From contig CAYMJV010000005.1 in NCBI GenBank assembly GCA_964390545.1, forward strand, positions 1-63,766: a DNA stretch of 63,766 nucleotides, written 5' to 3'. Within the stretch, counting starts at the first letter, position 1. Each line of letters starts with the position of its first letter. The notes beneath the pieces are model-generated. The model had not been told where the DNA came from and searched no databases. It saw only the letters and a list, made by a program, of their open reading frames with translations. This document shows, one piece after another, positions 38,518-48,131 of this stretch. This stretch comes from an uncultured Syntrophaceae bacterium. GTDB lineage: Bacteria; Desulfobacterota; BSN033; UBA1163. The position numbers were made by a program, and so were the translations under genes.

Positions 38518-38777
38518 GGCAATCAACCTCCCCTCTTTATGGATTAATTTTGTAACTAGTTGAAATAATTAATTATTACAATTTCCAAAAAGAGCATAAA
38601 AAAAAGAGCTACCGACTAGGTAACCCATTTTGGTAAAAACCAAAACGTATTTAATTAATCTAGTATAATTTATGAAATTTGTCAAGAGAAATTGTTGAGA
38701 AATTTTTGACAGCTGAAAAACTACCTCACGCTCTCTCCAAAGATTTCTGGGCTTTTTCAGAAATCGAAAAGGGTTCC

Positions 38778-38805
38778 TTGACAATTCTCTGAAAACGGAT
38801 AGAAT
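38778..38805 (+). promoter_or_regulatory. Sigma-70 promoter of the SDR-spt-GNAT operon
   Basis: TTGACA-N16-TAGAAT. Confidence 0.6.
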
Positions 38806-38831
38806 TTTAAAATTTGAACAGGGAGAGATCT

Positions 38832-39812
38832 TTGAAATCATTGGTCACCGGAGCCACAGGTTTTATTGGAAGCCATCTCGTAGAGGCTCTCTTACAACGA
38901 GGGGATCAAGTCCGATGCCTCGTCCGGAACTTGAGCGATTTGAAGTGGCTGGAAGGTCTGCCCATTGAGGCGGTTCAGGGTAATTGTAATGACAAAAGTT
39001 CCTTGAAAGGCGCTGTCGCAGGAGTGGACCAGTTGTTCCATCTGGCAGGTGTGACCAAGACTGTTGATAAAAGAACTTATTTCGAAGTCAATGCCTATGG
39101 AACGGAAAACCTCATCCGGGCCTGCCTTGAACATAATCCTTCCCTCCAAAAATTTATTTATCTTTCAAGCCAGGCCGCAGCAGGACCTTGCCAGAATGGA
39201 GGGCAGAAGAAAGAGACGGATCTGTGCGAACCTGTCTCTCCTTACGGCCAGAGCAAGCGGATGGGAGAGGACCTGGCCCTCGCCCACACACACGAGTTGC
39301 CCCTTCTCATCCTCCGCCCTTCTGCAGTCTATGGTCCGAGAGATCGGGATATCTACACTTTCTTCAAACTCCTCTCTAAAAAGATCAGACCCTGTTTCTA
39401 CAGCCAAGAGCAACATATCAGCTTATGTTTTGTCGGGGATATTGTCCAAGCCATCCTCCTGGCTTCCGATAAGAAAGAAGGGAGCGGAGAAATATTCTTC
39501 CTCTCCGACGGGCAGGATTATCGAATGGAGGAAGTCAGCGATATTTTTGCCTCCGTCATGGGGGTGAATCCGGTCTGTATTCGACTTCCAGAATGGATGA
39601 TATACGGAGTGGCTTCTTTATCTGAATATCTCTCCAAGCTTACGGGGAAACCTGCTCTCCTCAGTCGAGGGAAGGTCGAAGAGATGGTTCAGAAAAACTG
39701 GGTCTGTGATATCACAAAAGCCAGAACGGTCTTGGGTTTCAAACCCGTTGTCTCTCTTGCCGAGGGAGCTCGATTGACCTTTGAATGGTACAAGAAAGAG
39801 AATTGGCTATAG
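38832..39812 (+). CDS. Extended SDR NAD(P)-dependent epimerase/reductase; candidate ceramide or 3-ketosphinganine reductase
   Basis: TGATGFIG Rossmann motif, YGQSK (YxxxK); the specific role is inferred from context only. Confidence 0.8.
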   Translation: MKSLVTGATGFIGSHLVEALLQRGDQVRCLVRNLSDLKWLEGLPIEAVQGNCNDKSSLKGAVAGVDQLFHLAGVTKTVDKRTYFEVNAYGTENLIRACLEHNPSLQKFIYLSSQAAAGPCQNGGQKKETDLCEPVSPYGQSKRMGEDLALAHTHELPLLILRPSAVYGPRDRDIYTFFKLLSKKIRPCFYSQEQHISLCFVGDIVQAILLASDKKEGSGEIFFLSDGQDYRMEEVSDIFASVMGVNPVCIRLPEWMIYGVASLSEYLSKLTGKPALLSRGKVEEMVQKNWVCDITKARTVLGFKPVVSLAEGARLTFEWYKKENWL

Positions 39813-39832
39813 CTAAAAAAGCGAGGTGGCCT

Positions 39833-41014
39833 ATGGACGTCTTTGAAAAATGCGACAAGGTCAATGAACAAATTAGAGAGGTGGTTGAAAGGGGTTACTA
39901 TTTTTACTTCCGCAAGCTCGAATCGCCCCAAGATGCCGAGGTGGTGGTGAATGGAAAAAGAGTCATCATGATTGGCTCGAACAATTACCTCGGTCTAACG
40001 AACCACCCTCGCGTCAAGCAGGCTGCCATCAAAGCCATTGAAAAGTTCGGATGTGGTTGTGCCGGGTCGAGATTTCTCAACGGGACGCTTGAAATCCACG
40101 TTGAACTCGAAAACAAACTGGCCCGCTTTTTCCGCAAGGAAGCAGCCCTCGTCTTTGCCACTGGGTACCAAACCAATCTGGGAGCCATTTCGGCTCTGGT
40201 GGGACGAAATGATGTGGCGATCATTGATAAATACGATCATGCGAGCATCATTGATGGGTGTCGTCTCTCTTTTGGAAAGGTGAAGAAATATCGACATAAC
40301 GACATGAAGGATCTGGCACGTACCCTCGAAGCAACCAAAGACAAAGGGAAATTGATTATCGTCGATGGCGTCTTCAGCATGGAGGGTGATATTGCTGATC
40401 TCCCGAATATCGTCAAATTGGCCAAGACTTATGGGGCCAGGGTGATGGTAGACGACGCCCATGCTATAGGCGTCTTAGGGGAAGGTGGAAGAGGGACTGC
40501 TGAGCATTTCGGTCTGGAGAATGAAGTCGACCTCATTATGGGGACCTATAGCAAATCACTCGCTGCCATCGGTGGGTTTGTTGTGGGGGCACAGGATGTC
40601 ATTAATTTTATCAAACATACTGGCCGCTCCATGATCTTCAGTGCCAGCCTCCCACCTGCTCTCGTGGCGTCCGTCAGTGAAGCCCTTGACATCATCGAGG
40701 AACAGCCACAGCTCAGGACCCAGCTCTGGAAGAATACTCACAGGATGCTCAAAGGTTACAAGGAGCTCGGCTATGATACGGGCACAAGCGAAACCCCTAT
40801 CGTGCCGGTTATCATCAAGGACAACTGGAAAACCTATGAGATGTGCAAACGTCTCTTTGAAGAGGGTGTCTTTGTCAATGCTGTCGTCAGCCCGGCGGTC
40901 CCTCCCGGAAGGGAACTGCTCCGCACGAGTTATATGGCTACCCATACCGAAAGCCAGTTGAATCGAGTTCTGGAGGCCTTCCAAAAGGTTGGAAAAGAGA
41001 TGAGACTGATCTGA
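39833..41014 (+). CDS. spt: Serine palmitoyltransferase (PLP-dependent alpha-oxoamine synthase)
   Basis: GSNNYLGL, GSRFLNGT, DDAHAIG, GTYSKSLAAIGGF, IFSASLPPA; these match SPT rather than BioF or KBL variants. Confidence 0.8.
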   Translation: MDVFEKCDKVNEQIREVVERGYYFYFRKLESPQDAEVVVNGKRVIMIGSNNYLGLTNHPRVKQAAIKAIEKFGCGCAGSRFLNGTLEIHVELENKLARFFRKEAALVFATGYQTNLGAISALVGRNDVAIIDKYDHASIIDGCRLSFGKVKKYRHNDMKDLARTLEATKDKGKLIIVDGVFSMEGDIADLPNIVKLAKTYGARVMVDDAHAIGVLGEGGRGTAEHFGLENEVDLIMGTYSKSLAAIGGFVVGAQDVINFIKHTGRSMIFSASLPPALVASVSEALDIIEEQPQLRTQLWKNTHRMLKGYKELGYDTGTSETPIVPVIIKDNWKTYEMCKRLFEEGVFVNAVVSPAVPPGRELLRTSYMATHTESQLNRVLEAFQKVGKEMRLI

Positions 41015-42153
41015 TGGATACCGATCGAATGTCAAACCAGGAACTCCATATTGAAGAGGTAAGAAATCGTCAGGATTTGATGACTTTTATCCGATTTCCC
41101 TGGAGGATCTATCAGGGAGATCGCTACTGGGTCCCTCCCCTCATCAAAGATCAACTCCAGAAATTTAGCCCAAACCATCCTTTCCGTTCTCATTCAGAGA
41201 TGACCCTCCTTCTCGCCTACCGAGGAGAGGAGGTCGCGGGAAGGATTGCAGGGATCGTTGACCACAGCTTTATAGAGTTTCATCAGGAGAAGACGGGTTT
41301 CTTCGGATTTTTCGAATCAATTCAAGACGCTCAAGTAACCGGACTCCTTCTGTCCAGCGCGAAAGACTGGCTCAGGGGGCATGGGATGGAGAAAATGATA
41401 GGGCCGATGAATCCCTCCACCAATGATGAATGTGGCCTCCTGATCGATGGGTTCGATTCCTCTCCTCGTCTCATGATGCCATACAACCCTGTCTACTATA
41501 ACGCCTTGCTTGAAGGGGCCGGTTTGAAGAAGGCCAAGGACCTCTATGCTTTCTTTATTGAGCAATCGACTTTCATTGCGGGACGTCTGAGCCGGATCGC
41601 TGCTAAATTGATAAAGAAAGAACCGGGCCTTCGGGTTCGCCCCATCAATCTCCGCCGCTTGGGCCAGGAATTAATGATCGTCAAGGATATCTATAATCAT
41701 GCCTGGAGTAGAAACTGGGGATTCGTCCCCCTGACCGAGGCCGAGATCGATGACCTTGCAAAAAATCTGAAGCCCCTGTTGGTCCCCGATTTAGTGCTCT
41801 TTGCCTATTGGCAGGATGAACCCGTCGGGTTCTCCGTCTCCCTTCCAGACTATAATGAAGTTCTCAAAAGGTTGAATGGGAAATTGGGCCCCCTTGGATT
41901 CCTCAAATTCCTCTATTTCTCGAGGAGGATCGACACCGTTCGGGTCATGCTTCTGGGCGTGAAACATGCCTTCCAAAAGAGAGGAGTGGAGGGGCTCCTC
42001 TATTACGAGACCTTTAAACGAGGAACTAGAAAAGGTTATTTCAGGGCAGAATGCTCCTGGATTCTCGAAGATAATCTCCTGATGCAGCACGGTATTGAAG
42101 CCATGGGAGGAAAACGTTATAAGACGTACCGAATCTACGAAAGCACTCTGTAA
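41014..42153 (+). CDS. GNAT-fold N-acyltransferase; candidate bacterial ceramide synthase
   Basis: FIRFPWRIY..WVPPL, GFFGFFE, GPMNPSTNDECG, AWSRNWGFVP, ECSWILEDN; TGATG overlap with spt. Confidence 0.7.
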   Translation: MDTDRMSNQELHIEEVRNRQDLMTFIRFPWRIYQGDRYWVPPLIKDQLQKFSPNHPFRSHSEMTLLLAYRGEEVAGRIAGIVDHSFIEFHQEKTGFFGFFESIQDAQVTGLLLSSAKDWLRGHGMEKMIGPMNPSTNDECGLLIDGFDSSPRLMMPYNPVYYNALLEGAGLKKAKDLYAFFIEQSTFIAGRLSRIAAKLIKKEPGLRVRPINLRRLGQELMIVKDIYNHAWSRNWGFVPLTEAEIDDLAKNLKPLLVPDLVLFAYWQDEPVGFSVSLPDYNEVLKRLNGKLGPLGFLKFLYFSRRIDTVRVMLLGVKHAFQKRGVEGLLYYETFKRGTRKGYFRAECSWILEDNLLMQHGIEAMGGKRYKTYRIYESTL

Positions 42154-42222
42154 AAGGACTGAGTGAGAAGCTATGAGGGATGAGTCGGACATTTGAATGA
42201 GTTATTGCTCAGTCCTCAGATC

Positions 42223-43089
42223 TTAGTACTCGTCACCTTTTTTGGGGTTCCACCCTCTGTACAGTTGAGGCGCGATGATCAATGACGCGATGGCAAACGC
42301 AACACCGGCAAAAAGATCAATGACATAGTGGTACCTCAGATAGACCGTCGAGAGGATCAACCCACAGATGATCGGAAAGAAAAGACAAGAAAGCAATTTT
42401 TCGTAGCGGTAGGCCAGATAAAGGACCATGAGCACAATCTGAGTATGGCCACTGGGCATGCAATCGCGTTTGTTATGTTCCAGGGCATTCAAAGTATTTC
42501 TCACAAAATCGGTAATCCATGTTCCCTCCAGGGGCACAGAGTGAAATGAGGTTAATGTAAATCGGGGTCCAATCGCTGGAAAGAGAATGTACCCGATAAA
42601 GGAGGCATAGTATCCAAAGGTTAATACAAAGATCGATTCATTGAATTCCAGCTTTCGGTTTTTTATGTAAAGGACAACCACGAGGGTGAGGGGAAGGAAA
42701 TAGTAACTCAAATAGGCCAAGGACATGACATCCGTAAACCAGGGAACAACCCACCTCTCCATCCAAACCGTAGGATGCACGCCAAACAGGAAGAGGTCGA
42801 TTTGTATTAGCCAGGAGTCGATATCCCGTCGGAGATACTGAATCAGATCACCGAGCGACTCGTAAATAAGGATGATGAATATCAGCGGTGAGAAATCGTT
42901 GAAGAAGGCCCCTCCTTTCCCCTTGCGATCAGAGGATATTTTCATCACAAAGAGAAGGGCCATCAACATCAGGTAGCGGAGGAGGAGGGAGTGCCAGAGC
43001 GGAATGTGCCCTTTAAAGATGAGTGTGAGGAGAATCAATCCAATCAAAAAGAAAAAGGTCAGTCCGTGAACGGGAGTAATTTTTCTCAT
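42223..43089 (-). CDS. PAP2 superfamily membrane protein, Aur1/IPC-synthase-like
   Basis: PAIGPR, MPSGH and LRYHYVIDL motifs; N-terminal IDxxLFG..P segment. Confidence 0.75.
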   Translation of the reverse strand: MRKITPVHGLTFFFLIGLILLTLIFKGHIPLWHSLLLRYLMLMALLFVMKISSDRKGKGGAFFNDFSPLIFIILIYESLGDLIQYLRRDIDSWLIQIDLFLFGVHPTVWMERWVVPWFTDVMSLAYLSYYFLPLTLVVVLYIKNRKLEFNESIFVLTFGYYASFIGYILFPAIGPRFTLTSFHSVPLEGTWITDFVRNTLNALEHNKRDCMPSGHTQIVLMVLYLAYRYEKLLSCLFFPIICGLILSTVYLRYHYVIDLFAGVAFAIASLIIAPQLYRGWNPKKGDEY

Positions 43090-43124
43090 AGGTGAAAAAA
43101 CTTTATATATTAGGTATAAAGAAA

Positions 43125-43328
43125 AATCAACCCTTCGACTATCCCTGGTCTAATCCTTCGACCCCGCTCAGGACGAGCACCCGGGGTTTGCCGCTCGTCC
43201 AGAGACTTCGGCGTGAGCTCAGTCGAACGCTCCGGCCGAAGGCTCAGCCTGCCTGCCGGTAGGCAGGGGTTGATACTGAGCGGCGTTTTTAGCTCCATCC
43301 TAAAAAGCGAGGGTTGTCGCCGTCGAAG
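43125..43328. repeat. Expanded copy of the 23568-23674 repeat with three nested inserts
   Basis: Shared ends AATCAACCC..TTCGACT and GGTTGATACTGAGCGGCG..CCGTCGAAG. Confidence 0.85.
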
Positions 43329-43380
43329 TATCAAGTAGTCAAAAAAGATCGATGATTCAAACCGTTCTGGAGGAGTGAGC

Positions 43381-45123
43381 ATGCGGTATTCGCAATATTT
43401 TCTTCCTACCTTGAAAGAAGTCCCTTCTGAAGCAGAGGTTCCCAGTCATCAATTGATGTTCCGGGCAGGGATGATTCGGAAACTGGCGTCGGGGATCTAC
43501 TCCTATCTTCCCTTTGGACTCCGGGCTATTCAAAAGGTGGAGTCTATCGTCCGGGAAGAGATGAACCGGGCGGGTGCCATTGAAGTCTTGCTCCCCTTTG
43601 TCCAACCAGCTGAGATTTGGCAGGAAAGCCATCGGTGGGAGGAATATGGAAAAGAACTCTTAAGGTTGAAAGATCGCCACAATCGGGACTGCTGTCTAGG
43701 ACCTACCCATGAGGAAGTGATGGCGGATATTGCTCGGAAGGAAATCCGATCGTATCGTCAGATGCCTCTCAATCTTTACCAGATCCAGACCAAATTTAGG
43801 GATGAGATCCGACCCCGCTTCGGGGTGATGAGAGCGCGAGAATTTATCATGAAGGATGCTTATACCTTTGATATTGATGAAAAGGGACTGGATGAAAGTT
43901 ATCGAAAGATGGTCGATGCCTACACACGCATCTTCAAACGCTGTGGTTTAAAATTCAAAATGGTCGAAGCCGAATCGGGCGTGATCGGAGGATCCTATTC
44001 TCATGAATTCATGGTCCTGGCCGAAACAGGAGAGGAAACGATTGTCAGTTGCACCCTTTGCTCCTATGCGGCGAATATCGAAAAGGCAGGATTCAAAAGG
44101 GTCGAGCCAAAAGGCCTCCTCCGTGACGCAGGACAGCTGAAGCCCGTTCAAAAAGTTCTCACACCGGATCAGCGGACCGTCGAAGAAGTCACCCAATTTC
44201 TCCATGTCTCTCCGCAGGATTTGGTCAAAACCCTTATCTTTGAAACCGATAAGGGGTGTATGGCTGCGCTGGTCCGGGGAGATCATGAGATCAATGAAAA
44301 AAAGTTAAAAGTGGCTTCAGGAACGGAGAACCTCCAGCTCGCGGGAGAAAGGACTGTTGAAGAGATCACCCATGCTCCAAAAGGATTTGCTGGCCCGATA
44401 GGGCTTTCTATCCCCATGATCGCTGACCTGGACCTTCAGAATATGGTCAACTTCGTCGCCGGCGCCAATGAAAAGGACGCCCACCTGATCAACGTCAATA
44501 TTGGACGAGACTTTCAAGTGAGTCAATTCGCCGATCTTCGGAGATTCGTTCCGGGAGATCGTTGCCCTCTTTGTGAAGGAGAGACAAGACTCGATAAGGG
44601 AATCGAGGTTGGTCATACTTTTAAACTCGGAACCAAATATAGTCAACCCATGGGCGCCACCTATCTCGATGACCAGGGGAAGGAAAAGGAAATTGTCATG
44701 GGGTCTTATGGAATCGGTGTCGGAAGGACCGTGGCTGCAGCAATTGAACAGTATTTCGACGACAATGGGATCGTCTTTCCTGTCCCGATTGCTCCTTTCC
44801 ACGTACTCATCCTCCCCGTCAATATTAATATCGATCTTCTCAGGGAGACGGCAGAACAACTCTACCAAAGTTTATTGAAAGAACGGATAGAAGTCCTGTA
44901 TGACGACCGGGAAGAAACTCCAGGAGTCAAATTCAAGGATGCCGATCTCATCGGGATTCCCTTGAGGGTGACTTTAGGTGAGAAGAATTTGAAGAAAGGT
45001 TTGGTGGAGATCAAGAAAAGGAGAACGGGAGAGACCTCTCTAGTGAAGAAGGAGGAGGCAATATCGGAGATCAAAAAATTGATCGATCAAGAGCTGAAGG
45101 CTGTCGTTCCAAATCTTTCTTGA
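43381..45123 (+). CDS. proS: Proline--tRNA ligase (with INS editing domain)
   Basis: LGPTHEE, QIQTKFRDEIRPRFG, GIEVGHTFKLG, GSYGIGVGR motifs. Confidence 0.97.
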   Translation: MRYSQYFLPTLKEVPSEAEVPSHQLMFRAGMIRKLASGIYSYLPFGLRAIQKVESIVREEMNRAGAIEVLLPFVQPAEIWQESHRWEEYGKELLRLKDRHNRDCCLGPTHEEVMADIARKEIRSYRQMPLNLYQIQTKFRDEIRPRFGVMRAREFIMKDAYTFDIDEKGLDESYRKMVDAYTRIFKRCGLKFKMVEAESGVIGGSYSHEFMVLAETGEETIVSCTLCSYAANIEKAGFKRVEPKGLLRDAGQLKPVQKVLTPDQRTVEEVTQFLHVSPQDLVKTLIFETDKGCMAALVRGDHEINEKKLKVASGTENLQLAGERTVEEITHAPKGFAGPIGLSIPMIADLDLQNMVNFVAGANEKDAHLINVNIGRDFQVSQFADLRRFVPGDRCPLCEGETRLDKGIEVGHTFKLGTKYSQPMGATYLDDQGKEKEIVMGSYGIGVGRTVAAAIEQYFDDNGIVFPVPIAPFHVLILPVNINIDLLRETAEQLYQSLLKERIEVLYDDREETPGVKFKDADLIGIPLRVTLGEKNLKKGLVEIKKRRTGETSLVKKEEAISEIKKLIDQELKAVVPNLS

Positions 45124-45356
45124 ATCACGCGATTGAAGCGTGGCCGATAGATTAATTCAAAGGTCTCCTCCTTTTCAGGAAAAAAAGCGCAGGCCACGCG
45201 TTTCACATCTTCCACAACCTTCAACACCTCTCCGAGGGAAACATCGCCCTGCTGTATCGAAACGATGGAGAAATCCACTAGAAATCGGAGATACCGGATC
45301 TTGCGGTTCTCCTGTTTCACTTCTTCTGAATTTCTCATTTCCATCTCCTTCATCAA
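45087..45356 (-). CDS. Small hypothetical helical protein
   Basis: Plausible RBS; overlaps the proS 3' end convergently; no function assigned. Confidence 0.6.
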   Translation of the reverse strand: MMKEMEMRNSEEVKQENRKIRYLRFLVDFSIVSIQQGDVSLGEVLKVVEDVKRVACAFFPEKEETFELIYRPRFNRVIQERFGTTAFSS

Positions 45357-45397
45357 TAAGTCTTCCCCACTTTTTATAGCAGGGGGGTTGCCTTTTG

Positions 45398-45545
45398 TAA
45401 AGAGGGAAGCTCATCGCGCATCCCGTTGGGACGGGACAAACACCGTGGGGTTTCACCGATAGCCGAGACTTTCGTTCGACTGAGCTCACGACGAAGTCCA
45501 GTCTCGGCGAAAATGCGCTCGCCGGACAAGAATGTCCGGCCTATC
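45398..45545. repeat. Inverted paralog of the 20203-20365 repeat with hairpin inserts
   Basis: Insert of about 25 nt at 45473-45497 inside the CCGAGACT/AGTCTCGG loop. Confidence 0.85.
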
Positions 45546-45548
45546 TCT

Positions 45549-45650
45549 CTTGATTACTCAGATTTCAAAATAGGATTACACGGATTTTCCTTATGTTTCA
45601 ACGCATTTCCTGTCGGTGTAATCGGTCCTTAATCAGTGTAATCAGAGATT
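45549..45650. repeat. Periodic inverted-repeat element, GATTAC/GTAATC type
   Basis: GATTAC twice on the left and GTAATC twice on the right. Confidence 0.55.
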
Positions 45651-45727
45651 TCTGGTCTTTTTCAGAAATCTCAAAATTATTCATTGACACTTTCTTTCAA
45701 ACCTTTATATGATAAAGCCATTCCAAT

Positions 45728-46471
45728 ATGGGGAAAGCCCTCATGAGCCCTCCTCCCAGCAAAGATCCCAAGGAAAAGATCATTTTTGCCCTCGATGTTG
45801 AACACTTCTCAGAGGCCCAGCGCTGGGTGAACCTCCTGAAAGACCATATCGGAATGTTTAAAGTGGGGAAGCAACTCTTCACGCATGCTGGCCCCAAGGT
45901 TATCGATATGATCCGGAAAAAGGGTCAAAAGGTTTTTCTCGACCTCAAATACCATGACATTCCAAACACGGTGGCCAAGGCAGGAGCGGAAGCGACAAAA
46001 TTGGAAGTCTCCATGTTCAACCTTCACGCCTTGGGGGGTTTGGAAATGATGAAGAAAACGGTTGAGGCGTCCAAGGCCGTTGCCAAAGATCTCGGCATCC
46101 CCAGACCCCTCATCCTGGCCATCACCGTCCTCACCAGCATGGATGAGGAGGGAATAAAGGAAGTAGGAATACACGGGCCGATCCCGGAGGAGGTGGGACG
46201 CCTCGCGCTTCTCTCTATGAAGGCAGGGATAGATGGGGTGGTGGCTTCCCCGAAAGAGATTGGGATCATCCGGGACCGATGTGGAGAAAAATTCCTGATC
46301 GTCACTCCCGGGATTCGTCATCCCTCAGACAAAAAAGATGACCAGAAAAGGACTCTTTCCCCTAGGGAAGCTATCTCCGCCGGGGCAGACTATCTTGTCA
46401 TCGGTCGTCCAATCAAGGAAGCCAAAGATCCCTTAGAAGCCGTTGAGAGAATTATCGAAGATATTTCATAA
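45728..46471 (+). CDS. pyrF: Orotidine-5'-phosphate decarboxylase
   Basis: FALDV, FLDLKYHDIPNTV, VTPGIR, VIGRPI motifs. Confidence 0.97.
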   Translation: MGKALMSPPPSKDPKEKIIFALDVEHFSEAQRWVNLLKDHIGMFKVGKQLFTHAGPKVIDMIRKKGQKVFLDLKYHDIPNTVAKAGAEATKLEVSMFNLHALGGLEMMKKTVEASKAVAKDLGIPRPLILAITVLTSMDEEGIKEVGIHGPIPEEVGRLALLSMKAGIDGVVASPKEIGIIRDRCGEKFLIVTPGIRHPSDKKDDQKRTLSPREAISAGADYLVIGRPIKEAKDPLEAVERIIEDIS

Positions 46472-46555
46472 AATAAAATTCTTAATCCCAAACATCAATA
46501 ACCAAACAGATTTTACGTGAGGGATTCGTCACCGGCGAATCATGAAAATAAAGGT

Positions 46556-46624
46556 GTCATTCCCGCGCAGGCGGGAATCCAGCATAATATGGAAGAAATG
46601 GATTTCTGCTTTCGCAGGAATGAC
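46556..46624. repeat. REP doublet, GTCATTCC family (copy 3)
   Basis: GTCATTCCCGCGCAGGCGGGAATCCAG ... GGATTTCTGCTTTCGCAGGAATGAC. Confidence 0.85.
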
Positions 46625-46674
46625 AAAAAAGGCACTTTTTATTTTCTACGTAATTGCTTATTGTAGCTTCTAAT

Positions 46675-47460
46675 ATGTCTCAAATCATCTATGGGATTCA
46701 TCCAGTTGAAGAAGCCTTAAAATCACCCCACATTCAACTCGAGAAGATTCTGATCGCCACGCAGAAACCTACTCCCCCCCTTCAGTCCATCCTTCACCTG
46801 GCCAGCCAAAGAAAAATTCCGGTCACCTATTCCCAGAAGGAAACTCTTGAACAAATGGCCAGGGGTGGCCTCCATCAAAATGTCGTAGCCATCACAAAAG
46901 AAATCTCTTACGCAGATCTGGAAGAAATTCTTTCTCGTTGGAAAGAAGAGGAGGCCAGGGCCCTTTTTCTCATTCTGGATGGAATTCAGGATCCTCAAAA
47001 TTTCGGATCTCTCATTCGCACGGCGCTGGGATGTGGCGTACACGGGATCATCATCCCAAAAGACAGGGCTGTAGGAATCACGCCCACCGTAATCAAAGCC
47101 TCGGCAGGAGCCACTGCCCATCTGCCTATCGTTAAAGTGACCAACCTTTCGAGGACCATCGAAACCTTACAGAAGGTGGGGATCTGGGTGTACGGTGCTT
47201 CAGGGGACGCAAAAGAAAAGGTCTATGAACTCGATCTAAGCATGGATGTTGCGATCGTCATCGGTGCAGAAGGAAAAGGAATCCGTCTCTTAGTAAAGAA
47301 AAAATGCGACCGTCTTTTCTCCATTCCAATGAAAGGACCCCTCACCTCTTTCAATGCCTCTGTCTCAGGTGGGATGATCCTTTATGAAGTGATGCGACAA
47401 CGCCACGGGAAGGAAGGCTCCCCCTCCCAAGCTTTAGCGAAGGAGGAAAGACAGAAATGA
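46675..47460 (+). CDS. rlmB: 23S rRNA Gm2251 2'-O-methyltransferase
   Basis: IYGIHPV, LDGIQDPQNFG, IGAEGKG, SFNASVS SPOUT motifs. Confidence 0.93.
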   Translation: MSQIIYGIHPVEEALKSPHIQLEKILIATQKPTPPLQSILHLASQRKIPVTYSQKETLEQMARGGLHQNVVAITKEISYADLEEILSRWKEEEARALFLILDGIQDPQNFGSLIRTALGCGVHGIIIPKDRAVGITPTVIKASAGATAHLPIVKVTNLSRTIETLQKVGIWVYGASGDAKEKVYELDLSMDVAIVIGAEGKGIRLLVKKKCDRLFSIPMKGPLTSFNASVSGGMILYEVMRQRHGKEGSPSQALAKEERQK

Positions 47461-47927
47461 TCATCCTCCAAAGACCCGGACGAAATCCCCTGGAGATTGA
47501 GTTTATCCTTCTGAACTTCGAGGGAACCCTTGCCACAGACCGCCGAATCCATCCTAAGGCAAAGGATAAGCTCAACCTCCTATCCAAACGGACGAACATT
47601 TTTATTCTGACTCGAGGAAATAAGGAAGTCGTATCAGAGGTCTTGAAAAAAGTGAACGCAGAGGTAATTTATTTTAAAGAGGCAGAGGCTTCTGAAAAGA
47701 AATTAGAATTCGTTCGACGGCTCGGGGGAACCCGAACGGTTGCCATCGGGAATGGATTCGACGATGTGTTGATGATGGAGGAGGCCGGTTTAGGAATCTG
47801 TGTCATTGGGAAAGAGGGAGCGTCTGCAGAAACCATGGGAAAAGCGGATGTGGTCGTCACAGATATCCTCGATGCCCTTGACTTCCTCTTAAAACCCCTT
47901 CGCCATAGGGCAGCCCTTGGTATTTGA
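47457..47927 (+). CDS. HAD-superfamily (soluble P-type ATPase-like) protein
   Basis: AIGNGFDD and GKEGAS motifs; motif I reads NFEGT. Confidence 0.75.
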   Translation: MIILQRPGRNPLEIEFILLNFEGTLATDRRIHPKAKDKLNLLSKRTNIFILTRGNKEVVSEVLKKVNAEVIYFKEAEASEKKLEFVRRLGGTRTVAIGNGFDDVLMMEEAGLGICVIGKEGASAETMGKADVVVTDILDALDFLLKPLRHRAALGI

Positions 47928-48131
47928 AAATGCAGTTCGGAGTGATTTGTTCGGAGTTCGGAGCAAATAATCACGAAAATAATCGCAAGAAAATCGGAAT
48001 AGGGTTGACCGGTTTGAGGCTGCCATTTAATGGGTGCGGTCACCCTCTCTCCGTCCCCTTATCTCCCCATCTCAAAACCATTGCTCCCCCACCCGCACCC
48101 TCCCCCATCAAGGGGGAGGGGAGCGGAAGGG

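Noticed and set aside
39833-41014. Annotation as bioF or kbl
   Set aside because: GSRFLNGT and GTYSKSLAAIGGF plus the gene context fit SPT better, and there are no bio or tdh neighbours.
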